Origin: Methanomassiliicoccaceae archaeon
GTDB lineage: Archaea > Thermoplasmatota > Thermoplasmata > Methanomassiliicoccales > Methanomethylophilaceae
Assembly (NCBI GenBank): GCA_016282555.1
Contig: JAEEKU010000101.1
Coordinates: 1-47,553 of the forward strand
Length of the DNA: 47,553 bases
Direction of reading: 5' to 3'
The translations under genes and the position numbers were made by a program. Under the pieces are notes generated by a model, which saw only the letters and a list, made by a program, of their open reading frames with translations, made no database searches and was not told the origin of the DNA. Below are positions 1 through 11,060 of this stretch, piece by piece (the stretch's first letter is position 1; every line of letters begins with the position of its first letter).

Positions 1-1630
1 TGGTGCTCCAGTAAACAGTCTTGTTGGTAGCGTTAGCGGGAGCTACGGCGGCGGTAAGGGTCGCGGAATCTCCGGCGGCAAGAGTAATCGAGGATTTGTC
101 GAGAGTGACGCCGGTTACGGGAATAGCGGAAGTGACGGTAACGTTACAGTACGCCTGATATCCGCCGTCCTCGGTGGTTACGGTGATCCTCGCGGTTCCG
201 GGAGCGACTCCGGTCACGACTCCGTTGGAAACGGTCGCGACGGACGAATCGCTGGTGCTCCAGCTCACTCCGGGGTTGGTGGCTCCGGCGGGGATGACTG
301 TAGCGGTGAGGGTTGCGGTCTCTCCGGCAGCTATGGCGATATCGCTCTTGTCGAGGCTTACCCCGGTTACGGGTTTGATGAACTCTGCGGTGATGACTGC
401 ATCGCCGTTAAGGGTGAAGGTCATGGACTCCATGATGTCGGTCGTAACGCCGTTGATGGTGACCGTAAGGGACTTAAGAACGCATCCTGAAAAGGGAATA
501 GCGGATACGCGGATCTTTTCCCCGTTGATCCAGGGAAGAGTCTTGACGGTACCGTTGGGCGTGCCGATGTAAACGATGGTGATGTCGTAGTAGTAATCCT
601 GGGGATCGATCTCTCCGGAGAAGTCGTAGGGAACCTCGTAGTAGTTTCCTTTGTCGTCGGTGAAGGAGATGGTAGCTTCTCCGCTGAAGACGTAGTCTCC
701 GGTCTCGGGGTCCTTGAAGTCTCCGAGAGGAACTTCCCATCCGCTCTCGTATCCCTCGGGGTTGAGATCCATGCTGTCGGCGATACCGTTGATGAGTTTC
801 TGGAACTCGTCGTCTCCGGAGCCGGGCTTGAAGTTCTTGAGGGTGATCTTGTATTTGATTCCGTTCTGCTCCCAGATGATCGAGGGAGAGTTGACAGCGT
901 TGGGGACGCCGTTGATGTATCCGACCAGCTGGTTGATGTATTTTCCGTACTCGGGTCCGAAGAAATCGTCTGCGGTGTAAACGGACATGCTCTCGACGAG
1001 ATCTTTAAGGGTGTCCGAATCCCCGACGCCGAATGCGTCGATGTTCACGCTGACGTCTCCGGTCTCTTCGTCGATATCGACGAAAGTAGAGCCGAATCTG
1101 GCGAAGTCGATAATGTTCTGGGTGAGGTTGACTATGACAACCACGGATCCGTTGAAGGGACTTACTCCGGTCTTCTTAAGGTAGACGTCGTCTGCGGTGT
1201 AAACCACGACTTCGCCGGGCGAGGAGGCGCAGACTGTATCAAGGATCTGTCCCGCGATGCAGGCGGCGGTCTTGGCTGCGAGAGGCATGTCTGCCGTTCC
1301 GTTCACCTTGAGCTTTTTGTCTCCGAGGTATAAGTCGGTATATTTGTCGTAATATTCAAACGCTTCCGATTTCATAACGGAAGGGTTGGCGGAAACACTG
1401 AAAACGTACATCGGATCAGCGTATATCTCTATTAAACCGTCAGAATAGGTTGCTTTAGCGATATCGTCTCCGACCGTATCGTTCAGATACGTGCTGATAT
1501 CGGCGACAAAGGCCTCGCCCGAATCTTTGGGCGCTGCTGCCTCCGAATCCCCTGCCGAGACTGCGTAGACACCCGCAGCGGCGAGAAGAGCAACCAGCAC
1601 GGCGATTATATACACGTTGCTGTACTTCAT
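1..1630 (-). CDS. Secreted/surface protein with C-terminal Ig-like Big_2 repeats (3' end runs off the window)
   Basis: ATG at 1630. My translation begins MKYSNVYIIAVLVALLAAAGVYAVSAGDSEAA (signal peptide-like) and the frame stays open to position 1. It ends in Big_2 motifs (PVTGVSLDKSDIAIAAGETATLTATVIP...WSTSDSSVATVSNGVVTGVAPGTARITVTTEDGGY). Absent from the ORF track because it is truncated. Confidence 0.9.
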   Translation of the reverse strand, partial: MKYSNVYIIAVLVALLAAAGVYAVSAGDSEAAAPKDSGEAFVADISTYLNDTVGDDIAKATYSDGLIEIYADPMYVFSVSANPSVMKSEAFEYYDKYTDLYLGDKKLKVNGTADMPLAAKTAACIAGQILDTVCASSPGEVVVYTADDVYLKKTGVSPFNGSVVVIVNLTQNIIDFARFGSTFVDIDEETGDVSVNIDAFGVGDSDTLKDLVESMSVYTADDFFGPEYGKYINQLVGYINGVPNAVNSPSIIWEQNGIKYKITLKNFKPGSGDDEFQKLINGIADSMDLNPEGYESGWEVPLGDFKDPETGDYVFSGEATISFTDDKGNYYEVPYDFSGEIDPQDYYYDITIVYIGTPNGTVKTLPWINGEKIRVSAIPFSGCVLKSLTVTINGVTTDIMESMTFTLNGDAVITAEFIKPVTGVSLDKSDIAIAAGETATLTATVIPAGATNPGVSWSTSDSSVATVSNGVVTGVAPGTARITVTTEDGGYQAYCNVTVTSAIPVTGVTLDKSSITLAAGDSATLTAAVAPANATNKTVYWST

Positions 1631-1794
1631 TTAAATCACTGTACCAGACCCGAAGATTTCGATCCTCGCGGTTCTGTCAAAGCCTGTATATTATTTAGTA
1701 ATAAAAGATATTGTCTGCTGCCGTACTGATGGCGGATTCCGGCACGCTATATTGCGTTTACAAGCGCTGTTTATAAGCGGAAATAAATAAGGAG

Positions 1795-1814
1795 GGGGCG
1801 TCCGCCCCGGTTTT
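1795..1814. terminator. Short GC hairpin (GGGGCG-tc-CGCCCC) downstream of the adhesin gene
   Basis: Inverted repeat just after the TGA at 1818, flanked by A/T-rich runs. Confidence 0.4.
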
Positions 1815-1817
1815 ACT

Positions 1818-4800
1818 TCAGGAAGAAGATCTGCCTCTTATAAAGAGGACGGCGGCTAGAAGCGCTATGACGGCCGCGGCAGCGATTCCCGCATAAAGGA
1901 GAGTGTTATCCCCGGAGGAGGATTTCTCTTCGACGGTGACCGTGCAGGACGCGGCGTAATTTCCGTCTTCCGTGGTCACGGTTACGATCGCGGTTCCGGC
2001 GGATACCCCTTTCACGATTCCGCCGCTCGCGGTGGCTATCCTGCCGTCGCTGGTGCCCCACGTCACGTTTTTATCGGAGGCATCCGAGGGAACGACAGTC
2101 GCGGTAAGCTTCGCGGTATCTCCGGCTCCGACCGTGATCTTAGTTTTGTCGAGAGATACTCCCGTGACTTTGACGGCGGCCGGCGAAACGATAACCGTAC
2201 AGGACGCGGTGTAATTTCCGTCTTCCGTGGTCACGGTTACGATCGCGGTTCCGGCGGATATTCCCTTTACGGTTCCTCCGCTGACGGCCGCGACCTTTGC
2301 ATCGCTGGTGCTCCAGGTCACGTTCTTATTGGTGGCGTTGTCGGGAACTACGGCCGCAGTGAGAACCGAAGAGTCTCCCTCGGCGATATTTATCGAGGAT
2401 TTGTCGAGAGATACCCCGGTAACATCCACCGGCGCATCGGAAACCGCGACCAGACATGATGCGGTATAGCCTCCGTCTCTGGTCGTGACTGTGATCGTGG
2501 CAGTTCCTGCGGAGACTGCGGTGACCGTTCCCCCGTTTACGATTGCGACCGAGGCGTCGCTGGTGCTCCAGACCACGTTCTTATCAGAAGCATCGGAGGG
2601 AGTTACGGTAGCGGCGAGCGCCGAAGATTCTCCCGCGATCATACTCATCGAGGATTTGTCGAGGGTTACTCCGGTTACCTTTACGGGCGCGGGAGCGACG
2701 GTTACTTTGCATTCCGCCGTGAATCCTCCGTCTTCGGTCTTTACCGTTATAACGGAGGTTCCCGGAGACAATGCGGCGATCTTTCCGTCCTCGACGGACG
2801 CTACGGAAGCGTTGCTGGTGCTCCATGTCACGCTCTTGTCGGCAGCGTCGGAAGGCGTTACGGTCGCGGTGAGCGTCGCGTAATCTCCGGTTTCTAGACT
2901 GAGGGTGCTCTTGCTCAGGACGACCCCGGTTACCTTTACGGGCGCTTCGGAGACGATGACGCTGCACTCTGCCGTATAGCCTCCGTCTTCGGTCTTTACC
3001 GTTATCACTGCGATTCCCGGAGAAACCGCGATGACTTTTCCGTCCGAGACGGTCGCGACTTTATCATCGCCGGAGCTCCACGTAACATTTTTGTCGGTAG
3101 CATCGGACGGCGTGACGGTCGCGGAAAGAGTCCCGGATTCGCCTGCGACGAGTTCCATAACCGATTTGTCGAGGGTTACTCCGGTTACCTTGACGACTGG
3201 AGGCAGAACGGTCACCGCGCATTCTGCAGTGTACTCTCCGTCTTCGGTTGTCACGGTTATGACAGCGGTTCCGGGAGACAATGCGGTGATATTTCCGTCC
3301 TCGACGGACGCTACGGAAGCATCGCTGGTTTTCCAGGCAATGTTTCTGTTGGTGGCATTGACGGGCATCACGACAGCGAAAACCGTTTCCGATTTTCCTT
3401 CTTCGAGATTCAGAGAGGTTTCGTTGAGGAATACTCCCGTGACATCGATGATGACCGGCGCGGCAACCACCGAAACGGTGCAATTGTCTCTGTATCCTCC
3501 GTCCGCCGTTACGACTGTGATCGTCGCGGTTCCGGGCGCCACGGCGGTGACTTTTCCGCCTGCGACTGTAGCGACTTTGGCATCGCTGGTGCTCCATGTC
3601 ACGTTCTTGTCGGTAGCGTCGGACGGCGTTATGATCGCGGCAAGGGTACTGTTTTCGCCGGGATGGAGTTCGAGATAAGACCTGTTGAGAGAGACTCCCG
3701 TGACTCTGACGGTATCGGGCAGTACGGTGACTTTGCAGGATGCGGTATGGCCGCCGTCCGCCGTCTTCACGATTACAGTCGCAGTTCCGGGCGCTTTTCC
3801 TTCGACGATTCCGTTTGCTACGGTCGCGACCGAAGTATTGCTGGAACTCCACGAAATTCCCTTATCGGTAGCGTTGCCGGGCTCCACGGTCGCGGCAAGC
3901 GTTTCCGAGCTGCCGGCTTTGATGCTGAGCGACGTTTTACTCAGGGAAACGCCGGTAACCGGAACGACGACGGTGACTGTGCAGACTGCGTTATAGCCGC
4001 CGTCCTCCGTTGTCACGGTTATTGTGGCGACACCGGCTGAAACAGCTTTTACTTTTCCGTTATCCACGGTCGCGACCGAAGCGTTGCTGCTCTTCCATGA
4101 TACGTTCTTGTCAGTAGCATTGGAAGGAGTAACGGTAGCGAACAGAATATCGGATTCCCCGGCATTCATCTTGATGCCGGTTTTATTGAGCATGACGCCG
4201 GAAACATGCACCTCGGATGCTTCGATTACCAGTGAAACGGGCCCCGATACTTCGAACGAGACGTTTCCCTCGGAGAATATGCAGTCGAACGGAGTCTTGG
4301 TTCCGTCGGCGGCAACGGCACTCATCACAGGATCTTTAATGGAGAGGCTGTAAGGCAGAATTACGGAGGTCGGCGCATTTCCGGATACGTCGGCGGTTAT
4401 TCTGCCGTCCGGGGACACGGATGTCACCGCGGCATGATATCCTCCGGAAGCCTTCACCGAACCGGCCGCGGTTTTCGCCGGGACGGAGAGCGTCCTTCCG
4501 TCAGAAGATACAGTTTTTATATCTCCGGAAACGCCGGAGCCGGATGCTGTGCCGGATTCCGCGGACAGGATGAAGTAGTCCCCTTTCTTTCCCGAGAACG
4601 AATCCCCGGTTCCGAAAGCGAAAACCGCTTTCTTATCCAGAGCGCTTACGAACGCCGCCGGGACGGAGATCGAAGAACCGCCTGCAGATGCGTTCAAGAG
4701 TCCGGAAACATTGCCGGACGATGTTTTGTCCAGATCCAAAGTCATGACGTTCGGTTTGCCGGAAACGCAGGAAATGCCGGAAATCCTGACTGACTGGTTC

Positions 4801-7229
4801 CACATTTCTTTAGGAACGGATATGTTCCAGCCGCCGGAAACGATCTTCATTCCGCTGGCCGCCAGGAACTCGTATGAATCGGGATCGACAGCGAATTTCG
4901 GATCGGAGCCGCCCGTAACGGTGAGAGCGTACGCGGGCGAAGCTATTCCCGATTTTTCGGCGACAGCAGCTGCGAGCGCGGCCGCGGAACCTAGGCTGAG
5001 AACCCCGTTGCCGGGGACGGGGGCGATCACGTTGATCACGTTGCCGGAAACCGTGACATTTTCTCCCGAAGGACCCTTTCCTGAATACGAAACCGAGACT
5101 TTTCCGTTCGTATCCGAAAATTTGGTCGTGATAAGCGTCGAGTCTCCTGCCGGAGATTCGGTGGTTTCGGTCACCGCCCCGTTCGCGGTGGCCGACGAAC
5201 GCGTCCCCTCCGACACTGCAAATATTACGGTAACGGTATGATCGGAATTGATTCCGGTGATGCGGAGCGTATCGGACGATCCCATGGATTTTCCGTCCAG
5301 CTTGATCCCGGAAACCGTATAGCCGTCGTCCGGAACCGCGGAAACCAGAACGCTTCCTCCGGAGGAAGATGTGATTTTGTCTCCCTGGACGATCTTTCCG
5401 TGTTCGGAATCCTTAACCACGCTGACTGTAAAGGTATTCTGCGACCACATGGCGTATAGCACGAGGTTGCTTCCGACCCTGACCTTGGATCCCGGCTGAA
5501 GGAGCTCTCCGGATCCGCCGGGGCTGAGAGACCAGCCCTCGAACTCGCTTCCGGTTTTGTAAAGCGAGCCTTTTCCCATAACGACGGCCATGTCTCCGGG
5601 AGTGTATTTTCTGGAGTCGACGGGAGGAGTTCCGGAACCGGTTCCCGCGTTGTACGTGACGGTCAGGGTTCCTGTCCTCCAGGTTCCGTTAACCGTCTGG
5701 TTGATAGTCACTGTATTCTCTTTTTTGTCCTCGGTGTACTTGTACGAAGCGAGCGTATGGGTGTTGCCGTCGGTGCTGTAATACACCTTGCCGGTTTCCG
5801 GATAAATTACGGTGTTGCCGGAGCCGTACATGTAGCAGGCCATGTCTCTGGATGTGAGATCGTCGATATTGTTGCCCTGGAAACTGCCTTTCGCTCCGAA
5901 ATCCGCTTTGAACGACAGAACGGCTCCGGGTTCCGATTTGAACACTCCGCCGGCGGAGGAGGACTGGACCAGGCCCGCGAAGCTGCCGCTGACGATCATG
6001 GTTCCGTCAAGATACAGGCCGGCGACGGTGCTGAAGCGGTAGCTTGCGTCTCTCGGGACGTAATTTTTGAGAAGATCGGAGTCCGGGTAATACTTATCCC
6101 TGAACTCTTTGCTCTTCAGCCCGTCGTAAACGATCAGCTTTCCGGAAACATTAAGAACCGCGTCTTCGGACACCGTAAGAGACGACCCGGGGAGGAAGCG
6201 GTACTGCTTGAGAAGAGTGTATTCCCCGTTTTCAAGAATGATATCGAAATTGTACGGAACAGAGAATTCCGTCGTTCCGGTATCGACATTCTGACCCTGG
6301 ACTTCCATAACGATGGATCCTGTTTTGGCTCCCCCGCTGATAGTCACGGTCTTTTTTCCGATGTCGCGGTAAATGTTGCTGGACCAGTCCGACTCGAGAT
6401 ACACGTCGATATCGTATTCCGAGCTGAGCACGGAACCTTTGGAGAGAATTATCAGGCCGTTGTCCGGGCCGGCTACGGAAACATCGCGCTTGTTATACGT
6501 GTTGTTGGCGTAGAGGTTGATCATCCCGAGCAGCCTGGCATCCGATTCCATGACGTAATTGCACTGGATGTTGCACAGAGCGTACCGGTTGAAAGGCGCC
6601 TGGCCTTTGTCGTAGTTCACGTAGGCGCGGTCTCCGCCGACGTAATCGGTGACCACCATAGGTTCGTAAACCTTGGAACCGTTATTCGCGGCCAGAGTTC
6701 CGGCTCCCTTGACGAATCCGTAGGCGTAGAACGAGGAGCCGCTTTTGAGAACAACCTCTCCGTTGACGGAGAGCATGGCGAAGGGGCCCGAAGTATGGCC
6801 CTGGTAGTCGAATGTGAACGGTTTCGACAAAACCCCTCCGACGATCAGAGTTCCCTCGACCGTCAGGACGGATCCCTTCGGAACGTTCACCAGAATGTAT
6901 CTGTCCGTCGAAAGTTTCGCCGAAGCGTCGTCGACGGAAGCGGCGTCTTTAGTGCCGTCCGGATCGCGGTCGGAGGAGTAGGGAAGAACCAGAGTCACCC
7001 CCGGTTTTACCAGAAGTTTTCCTGAAAGCATGGACTTCCCTTCTGAATCGGGAAGCGCGTAAACTATGTCGCCGCTCCTGCTGGCGCTGAGAGCGTCGGC
7101 GACGGAAGCATATCCTTTTCCGTTGATTTCCGCGCCGGGATCGGAAGCGTCCGATTCCGTAAAAAGCACCGGAACCAGAAGCATGGCGAGAGCTGCGGCG
7201 AGCAGAACCATCATCGTACGTTTGTCCAA
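1818..7229 (-). CDS. Large adhesin-like surface protein (1803 aa): signal peptide, Listeria/Bacteroides (Flg_new-like) repeat, 9 Big_2 domains, C-terminal TM anchor
   Basis: TTG start with upstream GGTG; hydrophobic N-terminus; VTYNAGTGSG...FEGWS...LYAMW repeat; nine V(K)VTGVxLDK...TVTTEDGxYTAxCxVTV units; C-terminal LLYAGIAAAAVIALLAAVLFIRGR. Confidence 0.9.
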   Translation of the reverse strand: MDKRTMMVLLAAALAMLLVPVLFTESDASDPGAEINGKGYASVADALSASRSGDIVYALPDSEGKSMLSGKLLVKPGVTLVLPYSSDRDPDGTKDAASVDDASAKLSTDRYILVNVPKGSVLTVEGTLIVGGVLSKPFTFDYQGHTSGPFAMLSVNGEVVLKSGSSFYAYGFVKGAGTLAANNGSKVYEPMVVTDYVGGDRAYVNYDKGQAPFNRYALCNIQCNYVMESDARLLGMINLYANNTYNKRDVSVAGPDNGLIILSKGSVLSSEYDIDVYLESDWSSNIYRDIGKKTVTISGGAKTGSIVMEVQGQNVDTGTTEFSVPYNFDIILENGEYTLLKQYRFLPGSSLTVSEDAVLNVSGKLIVYDGLKSKEFRDKYYPDSDLLKNYVPRDASYRFSTVAGLYLDGTMIVSGSFAGLVQSSSAGGVFKSEPGAVLSFKADFGAKGSFQGNNIDDLTSRDMACYMYGSGNTVIYPETGKVYYSTDGNTHTLASYKYTEDKKENTVTINQTVNGTWRTGTLTVTYNAGTGSGTPPVDSRKYTPGDMAVVMGKGSLYKTGSEFEGWSLSPGGSGELLQPGSKVRVGSNLVLYAMWSQNTFTVSVVKDSEHGKIVQGDKITSSSGGSVLVSAVPDDGYTVSGIKLDGKSMGSSDTLRITGINSDHTVTVIFAVSEGTRSSATANGAVTETTESPAGDSTLITTKFSDTNGKVSVSYSGKGPSGENVTVSGNVINVIAPVPGNGVLSLGSAAALAAAVAEKSGIASPAYALTVTGGSDPKFAVDPDSYEFLAASGMKIVSGGWNISVPKEMWNQSVRISGISCVSGKPNVMTLDLDKTSSGNVSGLLNASAGGSSISVPAAFVSALDKKAVFAFGTGDSFSGKKGDYFILSAESGTASGSGVSGDIKTVSSDGRTLSVPAKTAAGSVKASGGYHAAVTSVSPDGRITADVSGNAPTSVILPYSLSIKDPVMSAVAADGTKTPFDCIFSEGNVSFEVSGPVSLVIEASEVHVSGVMLNKTGIKMNAGESDILFATVTPSNATDKNVSWKSSNASVATVDNGKVKAVSAGVATITVTTEDGGYNAVCTVTVVVPVTGVSLSKTSLSIKAGSSETLAATVEPGNATDKGISWSSSNTSVATVANGIVEGKAPGTATVIVKTADGGHTASCKVTVLPDTVRVTGVSLNRSYLELHPGENSTLAAIITPSDATDKNVTWSTSDAKVATVAGGKVTAVAPGTATITVVTADGGYRDNCTVSVVAAPVIIDVTGVFLNETSLNLEEGKSETVFAVVMPVNATNRNIAWKTSDASVASVEDGNITALSPGTAVITVTTEDGEYTAECAVTVLPPVVKVTGVTLDKSVMELVAGESGTLSATVTPSDATDKNVTWSSGDDKVATVSDGKVIAVSPGIAVITVKTEDGGYTAECSVIVSEAPVKVTGVVLSKSTLSLETGDYATLTATVTPSDAADKSVTWSTSNASVASVEDGKIAALSPGTSVITVKTEDGGFTAECKVTVAPAPVKVTGVTLDKSSMSMIAGESSALAATVTPSDASDKNVVWSTSDASVAIVNGGTVTAVSAGTATITVTTRDGGYTASCLVAVSDAPVDVTGVSLDKSSINIAEGDSSVLTAAVVPDNATNKNVTWSTSDAKVAAVSGGTVKGISAGTAIVTVTTEDGNYTASCTVIVSPAAVKVTGVSLDKTKITVGAGDTAKLTATVVPSDASDKNVTWGTSDGRIATASGGIVKGVSAGTAIVTVTTEDGNYAASCTVTVEEKSSSGDNTLLYAGIAAAAVIALLAAVLFIRGRSSS
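1930..4212 (-). repeat. Tandem array of 9 Big_2 (Ig-like group 2) domain-coding repeats, about 255 nt period
   Basis: Repeated peptide motifs. An identical 50-nt block occurs at 1956-2005 and 2211-2260. Confidence 0.9.
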
Positions 7230-7380
7230 GAGAACACCGTGCTGCGATTGTCTGGATAAAAGATATAGGTAACGATCGGAACCGCCGGACGTGATAATTC
7301 CGTTTCCATGATAATTTCAACGGCCGCAGCCGCTATAATATGCGAACTAATGAAATATATGTAACGAATAACCTTACGAA

Positions 7381-8397
7381 ATGAATTCCAGTCCCCCGAA
7401 CGGAACCGAAATTGCCGGACCTGCAGTGAGCATTGTAGTTTCGGTTCTGGACGGCGGCTGCTACGTCAGGAATCTTACGGATTATCTCAACAAACAGACT
7501 TTTTCCGACATGGAAGTTATCTTCATAGTCTCCTGCAACAGCAAGGACAACTCTCTGGAGGAAGTGGAGAAAGCTGTCGGAGAGATAAAGAATGCCAGCT
7601 ACTACCTGTACGAGGATACGGGAAGACTCGGAGGCTCCAAGAACATGGGCCTCGGGAAATCGAAAGGGCGCTACCTGTGGTTCCTCGATGTCGACGATTA
7701 TCCGTCCCTTCATTTTCTGGAGAAAGCCGTAAAAATCAAAGAAGAGAACGGCGCGGACGTGGTCGGATGCAATTTCGTCTACTCCACGGATTATACCCCG
7801 TTCGAAGAGAACGACGGCGAGTTCCAAGTGATTACCGTGTCCGGATCCGAAGCGGTTCTTATGAGGGCGACGGAGAAATTCCCGGTGACGTCATGGTCCA
7901 TGCTTTACGACAGGAAAATGATAGAAAAGAACGGAATCGGTTTCGCGGAGGGGCTGTGCGAGGACATCGATTTCACGTACAAAGTCCTTCTTCATTCGGA
8001 AAAAGTGTGCTATTACACCAAACCCATGTACAAATACATAATCAGGCCGGAGTCCACCAGCAACAGCCAGCGCAACGACAGAGGGCGGATGGAGATAGCC
8101 AGATACGACGATCTCGAGAAATACATCGAAAAATTCGACAACTCCGAATTCCTGAAAAAAAGATTCACTCTCCTGCGCATAAGATCGTCCGGACATATGG
8201 ACTACGAGCATTTCCGCAGCTACGTCAAAAGCAGCGGATATCTGGAAATGCTGAAAAGAACCGAAGGGATGCAGGTGCGTTTCGAAGGCGGGTTCCAGAG
8301 ATTTTTCCCCCGTCTGTATTACACCGCGATAACCGTCTGGTTCAGACTTTATTATTACCGCTCGGGAAGAATTTATACCAAACCGCGCCGCAAGCGA
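7381..8397 (+). CDS. Glycosyltransferase family 2 (338 aa, ends at CGA)
   Basis: VSIVVSV...KNMGL..SKGRYLWFLDVDD and EDIDF GT2 motifs. First in-frame CGA at 8395-8397 abuts the convergent gene; the standard-code ORF would run to 8526. Confidence 0.85.
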
Positions 8398-10146
8398 TCG
8401 GTGATTCATTTTAGAAATGAAATCGGATGCCGTCTTCTTAAGGAGAAACGGAACATCCCCGAGAACCGGAACGAGAGAGGACCAGTCCGAATGATCCGGG
8501 CCGGATGCCCATTTGACTCCGTCTAAGATGTGACGGTACTTCGATTCCTTCAAAGCCGACAGGAGAGACCACTCCGCTACGGAGGAATATCCCAGTTTCG
8601 GAAGCTTATCTCCGAACAGACTGCGCATGACTTCCGCGTACCCGCACTCTCCGGCGGTGATTCTGCCGTAGAACGAGCAGCGGTTCTTCTCCCATTCGGG
8701 AACGTCCCTCATATAGACCGGAGAACCGTCCTTCCATCCGGAGACCGGAAGCTCGGGAGAGCTCATGAAGAATTCGGGAACGTTGATGCGGACCCATCCG
8801 AATGAATAATGCTCCCTTCTGTGGAAGGCGTCATAATCCAGACCGGAGTCGGCCAGAGTTATGAAGTAATGCCCGCGGACTTTTCTCCCGAGCATTTCCT
8901 CCACGAGAATCTGGGAGGTGTATTTCATGGTGGTGCAGTCCACGAGTTCCGCCTCTTCACCGCCGAAAACGGATCTTATATAATCCCGGTAATCTCCGGC
9001 GCGCTCGCGGCGAAGAGAATCTATCAGATCGGAGTTTCTGTTGTACAGATCCAGCATTTCGTAAGGATCCTCAGGTACGCGGTCTATGCCCAGATCCTCC
9101 CTGAAAAAATCAAGAAGATAGACCAGATGGGCGACAACTTTTCCGTGCTCGAACCTATGTGTGGATTTTTTCGGCAGGTCCATTTTTCCGAAGGGGATGT
9201 AACGATCGGTGAGAACGTAGGCGAACAGCCTCTGGGCGTTTATGTACTGCATCTTCCTTCCGCTTCCGAAAAGAACGGGATACACCCTGATAAGATTGTA
9301 CCCGTCCCTGGCTACGAACACGAGCGGGGAATCCCCGGCGGCCGCGCGGCGGATGTAATCGGAATAGGCGGTTATAAGCGGGCCTCCGAAGCGGAACCCG
9401 AGATCGTAATGCTCTCCCCCGGACTCCCCCAGGGCTCCGCAGGAATATAATATATCGATTCCGGCGATAACCGAATGCTCCAGCGACTTTTCCGAGGCGA
9501 AACGCTTCGCCCAGGGGTTCTCTTTGAAATATTTCTCGTCCTGGCGCACGTATTTTATGCCTCTGACGCCGCTGCGAGAGGCCATTTCTACATCCGACCT
9601 CGCAGAATCGCCTATGTGAACCATATCTTCCGGACGTATATTCAGCCTGTCCGTTATCCTGCGGAACATTTCCCCGCTGTGCTTCGTCACCCCCTCTTCG
9701 GAGGAGACGAAAAGATGGTGGTATCTGATTCCGGACGCTTCCAGAATATATTCCACCGTTTCCCTCGGAAGATAGACGTCGGTCGCGATGATGACTTTCT
9801 TTCCTGCTTCGATGGCCTCGGAGACCATCGCGACGGTCTCGGGATTGGCTACGCAGAGTGCTTTTTCAGTTTCGATCTCTCTGCCGGAGACCTGCATCCC
9901 GGGACCGAGGTAAGAATATATTTCATCAAGCGTGACTTCGGCTTTCTTTATTCTTCTGGCAGTTCTTTCCGCCTCTATGCGTTCGGCGGCGAAACCCTCC
10001 GGAGCGGCCCCGCAGTCCTCCATATATCTGAAGAGGTCCGTCGGCCTCAGAAACGGACGGAGGATCAGCGTGTCGAACACGTCGAACGACACGTAATCCG
10101 GGATCGTTTCCGAACCGATGTACTGGCGGAGGGTCCTGTTCTCCAT
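8398..10146 (-). CDS. HAD-superfamily hydrolase of the type found in surface polysaccharide loci (582 aa, ends at CGA)
   Basis: SFDVFDTLILR motif I, HIGDSARSD motif, FVARDGY. First in-frame CGA at 8400-8398; the standard-code ORF would overlap the GT2 ORF by 636 nt. Confidence 0.8.
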
Positions 10147-10150
10147 CGCG

Positions 10151-10666
10151 TCACCTGGATGTAGCTATGCCTATAATCCCGAGAAGCCCGGAAACCGCGA
10201 TGAAGGCGCCCACGATGATCATCAGAATATCCGCGGTCCCTTCGGGGTTGAACAGCGCGATGATTCCCGCTACGACCATAATCCCGGCGGAAATAAGGCC
10301 TATGGCTCTGGAAGCCGCTGAGACATCGGCGCGCACGCCCCCGATCAGCAGGATTATTCCGAATAAAATGACCGAAATCGAGAAAATCACCATAAGGAGA
10401 TCGCTGAAAAAGTTCGGCACGGCGATCAGCGCGACGCCTATAACCAGCGTTATAATTGCCGGAAGCAGGACGAATCCGTTCATATCCCTGCTTGAAATCA
10501 AGTAAATAATCGCGTAAATCACCGCGAGAATACCGAAGATCGTAAGAATGATCTTCAGAGAATCCTGGCCTCCGGCCGCTATAGCTATTCCCAGCAGAAG
10601 AAGGATCACCGGGAAGATGAGCGCTATATACCACGGCCTGTCGTCGGCAGCAGCAGTTCCATTCAT
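10151..10666 (-). CDS. HdeD/DUF308-like membrane protein
   Basis: 171 aa, about six hydrophobic helices; GIIALFNP motif. Confidence 0.7.
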   Translation of the reverse strand: MNGTAAADDRPWYIALIFPVILLLLGIAIAAGGQDSLKIILTIFGILAVIYAIIYLISSRDMNGFVLLPAIITLVIGVALIAVPNFFSDLLMVIFSISVILFGIILLIGGVRADVSAASRAIGLISAGIMVVAGIIALFNPEGTADILMIIVGAFIAVSGLLGIIGIATSR

Positions 10667-10741
10667 GCTTGCATCCTTATACTGACGAAATAAAAATCTT
10701 TACCCCAAAATATTATATCGGCATGCCCGGTTAGCGGGGGT

Positions 10742-11026
10742 ATGGCTGTAAAGAGCGTAACCGCATCCCATATTCTGGTAGGCAGCATGAAGGACGCCGA
10801 AAGCATTATGTCGCGCATTTCGAAAGGAGAGAATTTCGAAGATCTCGCGAAAAGATTCTCCAAATGCCCCTCCAAATCCAAGGGCGGAAACCTTGGCTGG
10901 TTCAAGAAGGGAGATATGGTTCCGGAATTCGAAAAAGCATGTTTCGAGGGCAAAACCGGAGATATCGTAGGGCCGGTCAAAACTGAATTCGGATATCATA
11001 TCATCAAAATCAACGGCCAGAAGTGA
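10742..11026 (+). CDS. ppiC: Parvulin-type peptidyl-prolyl cis-trans isomerase
   Basis: ASHILV, FEDLAKRFSKCPS, GGNLGWF, MVPEFE, GPVKTEFGYHII. Confidence 0.92.
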   Translation: MAVKSVTASHILVGSMKDAESIMSRISKGENFEDLAKRFSKCPSKSKGGNLGWFKKGDMVPEFEKACFEGKTGDIVGPVKTEFGYHIIKINGQK

Positions 11027-11060
11027 TCCTGTATGCCGGAGCTGCCGTTCTCCGGCCTTC

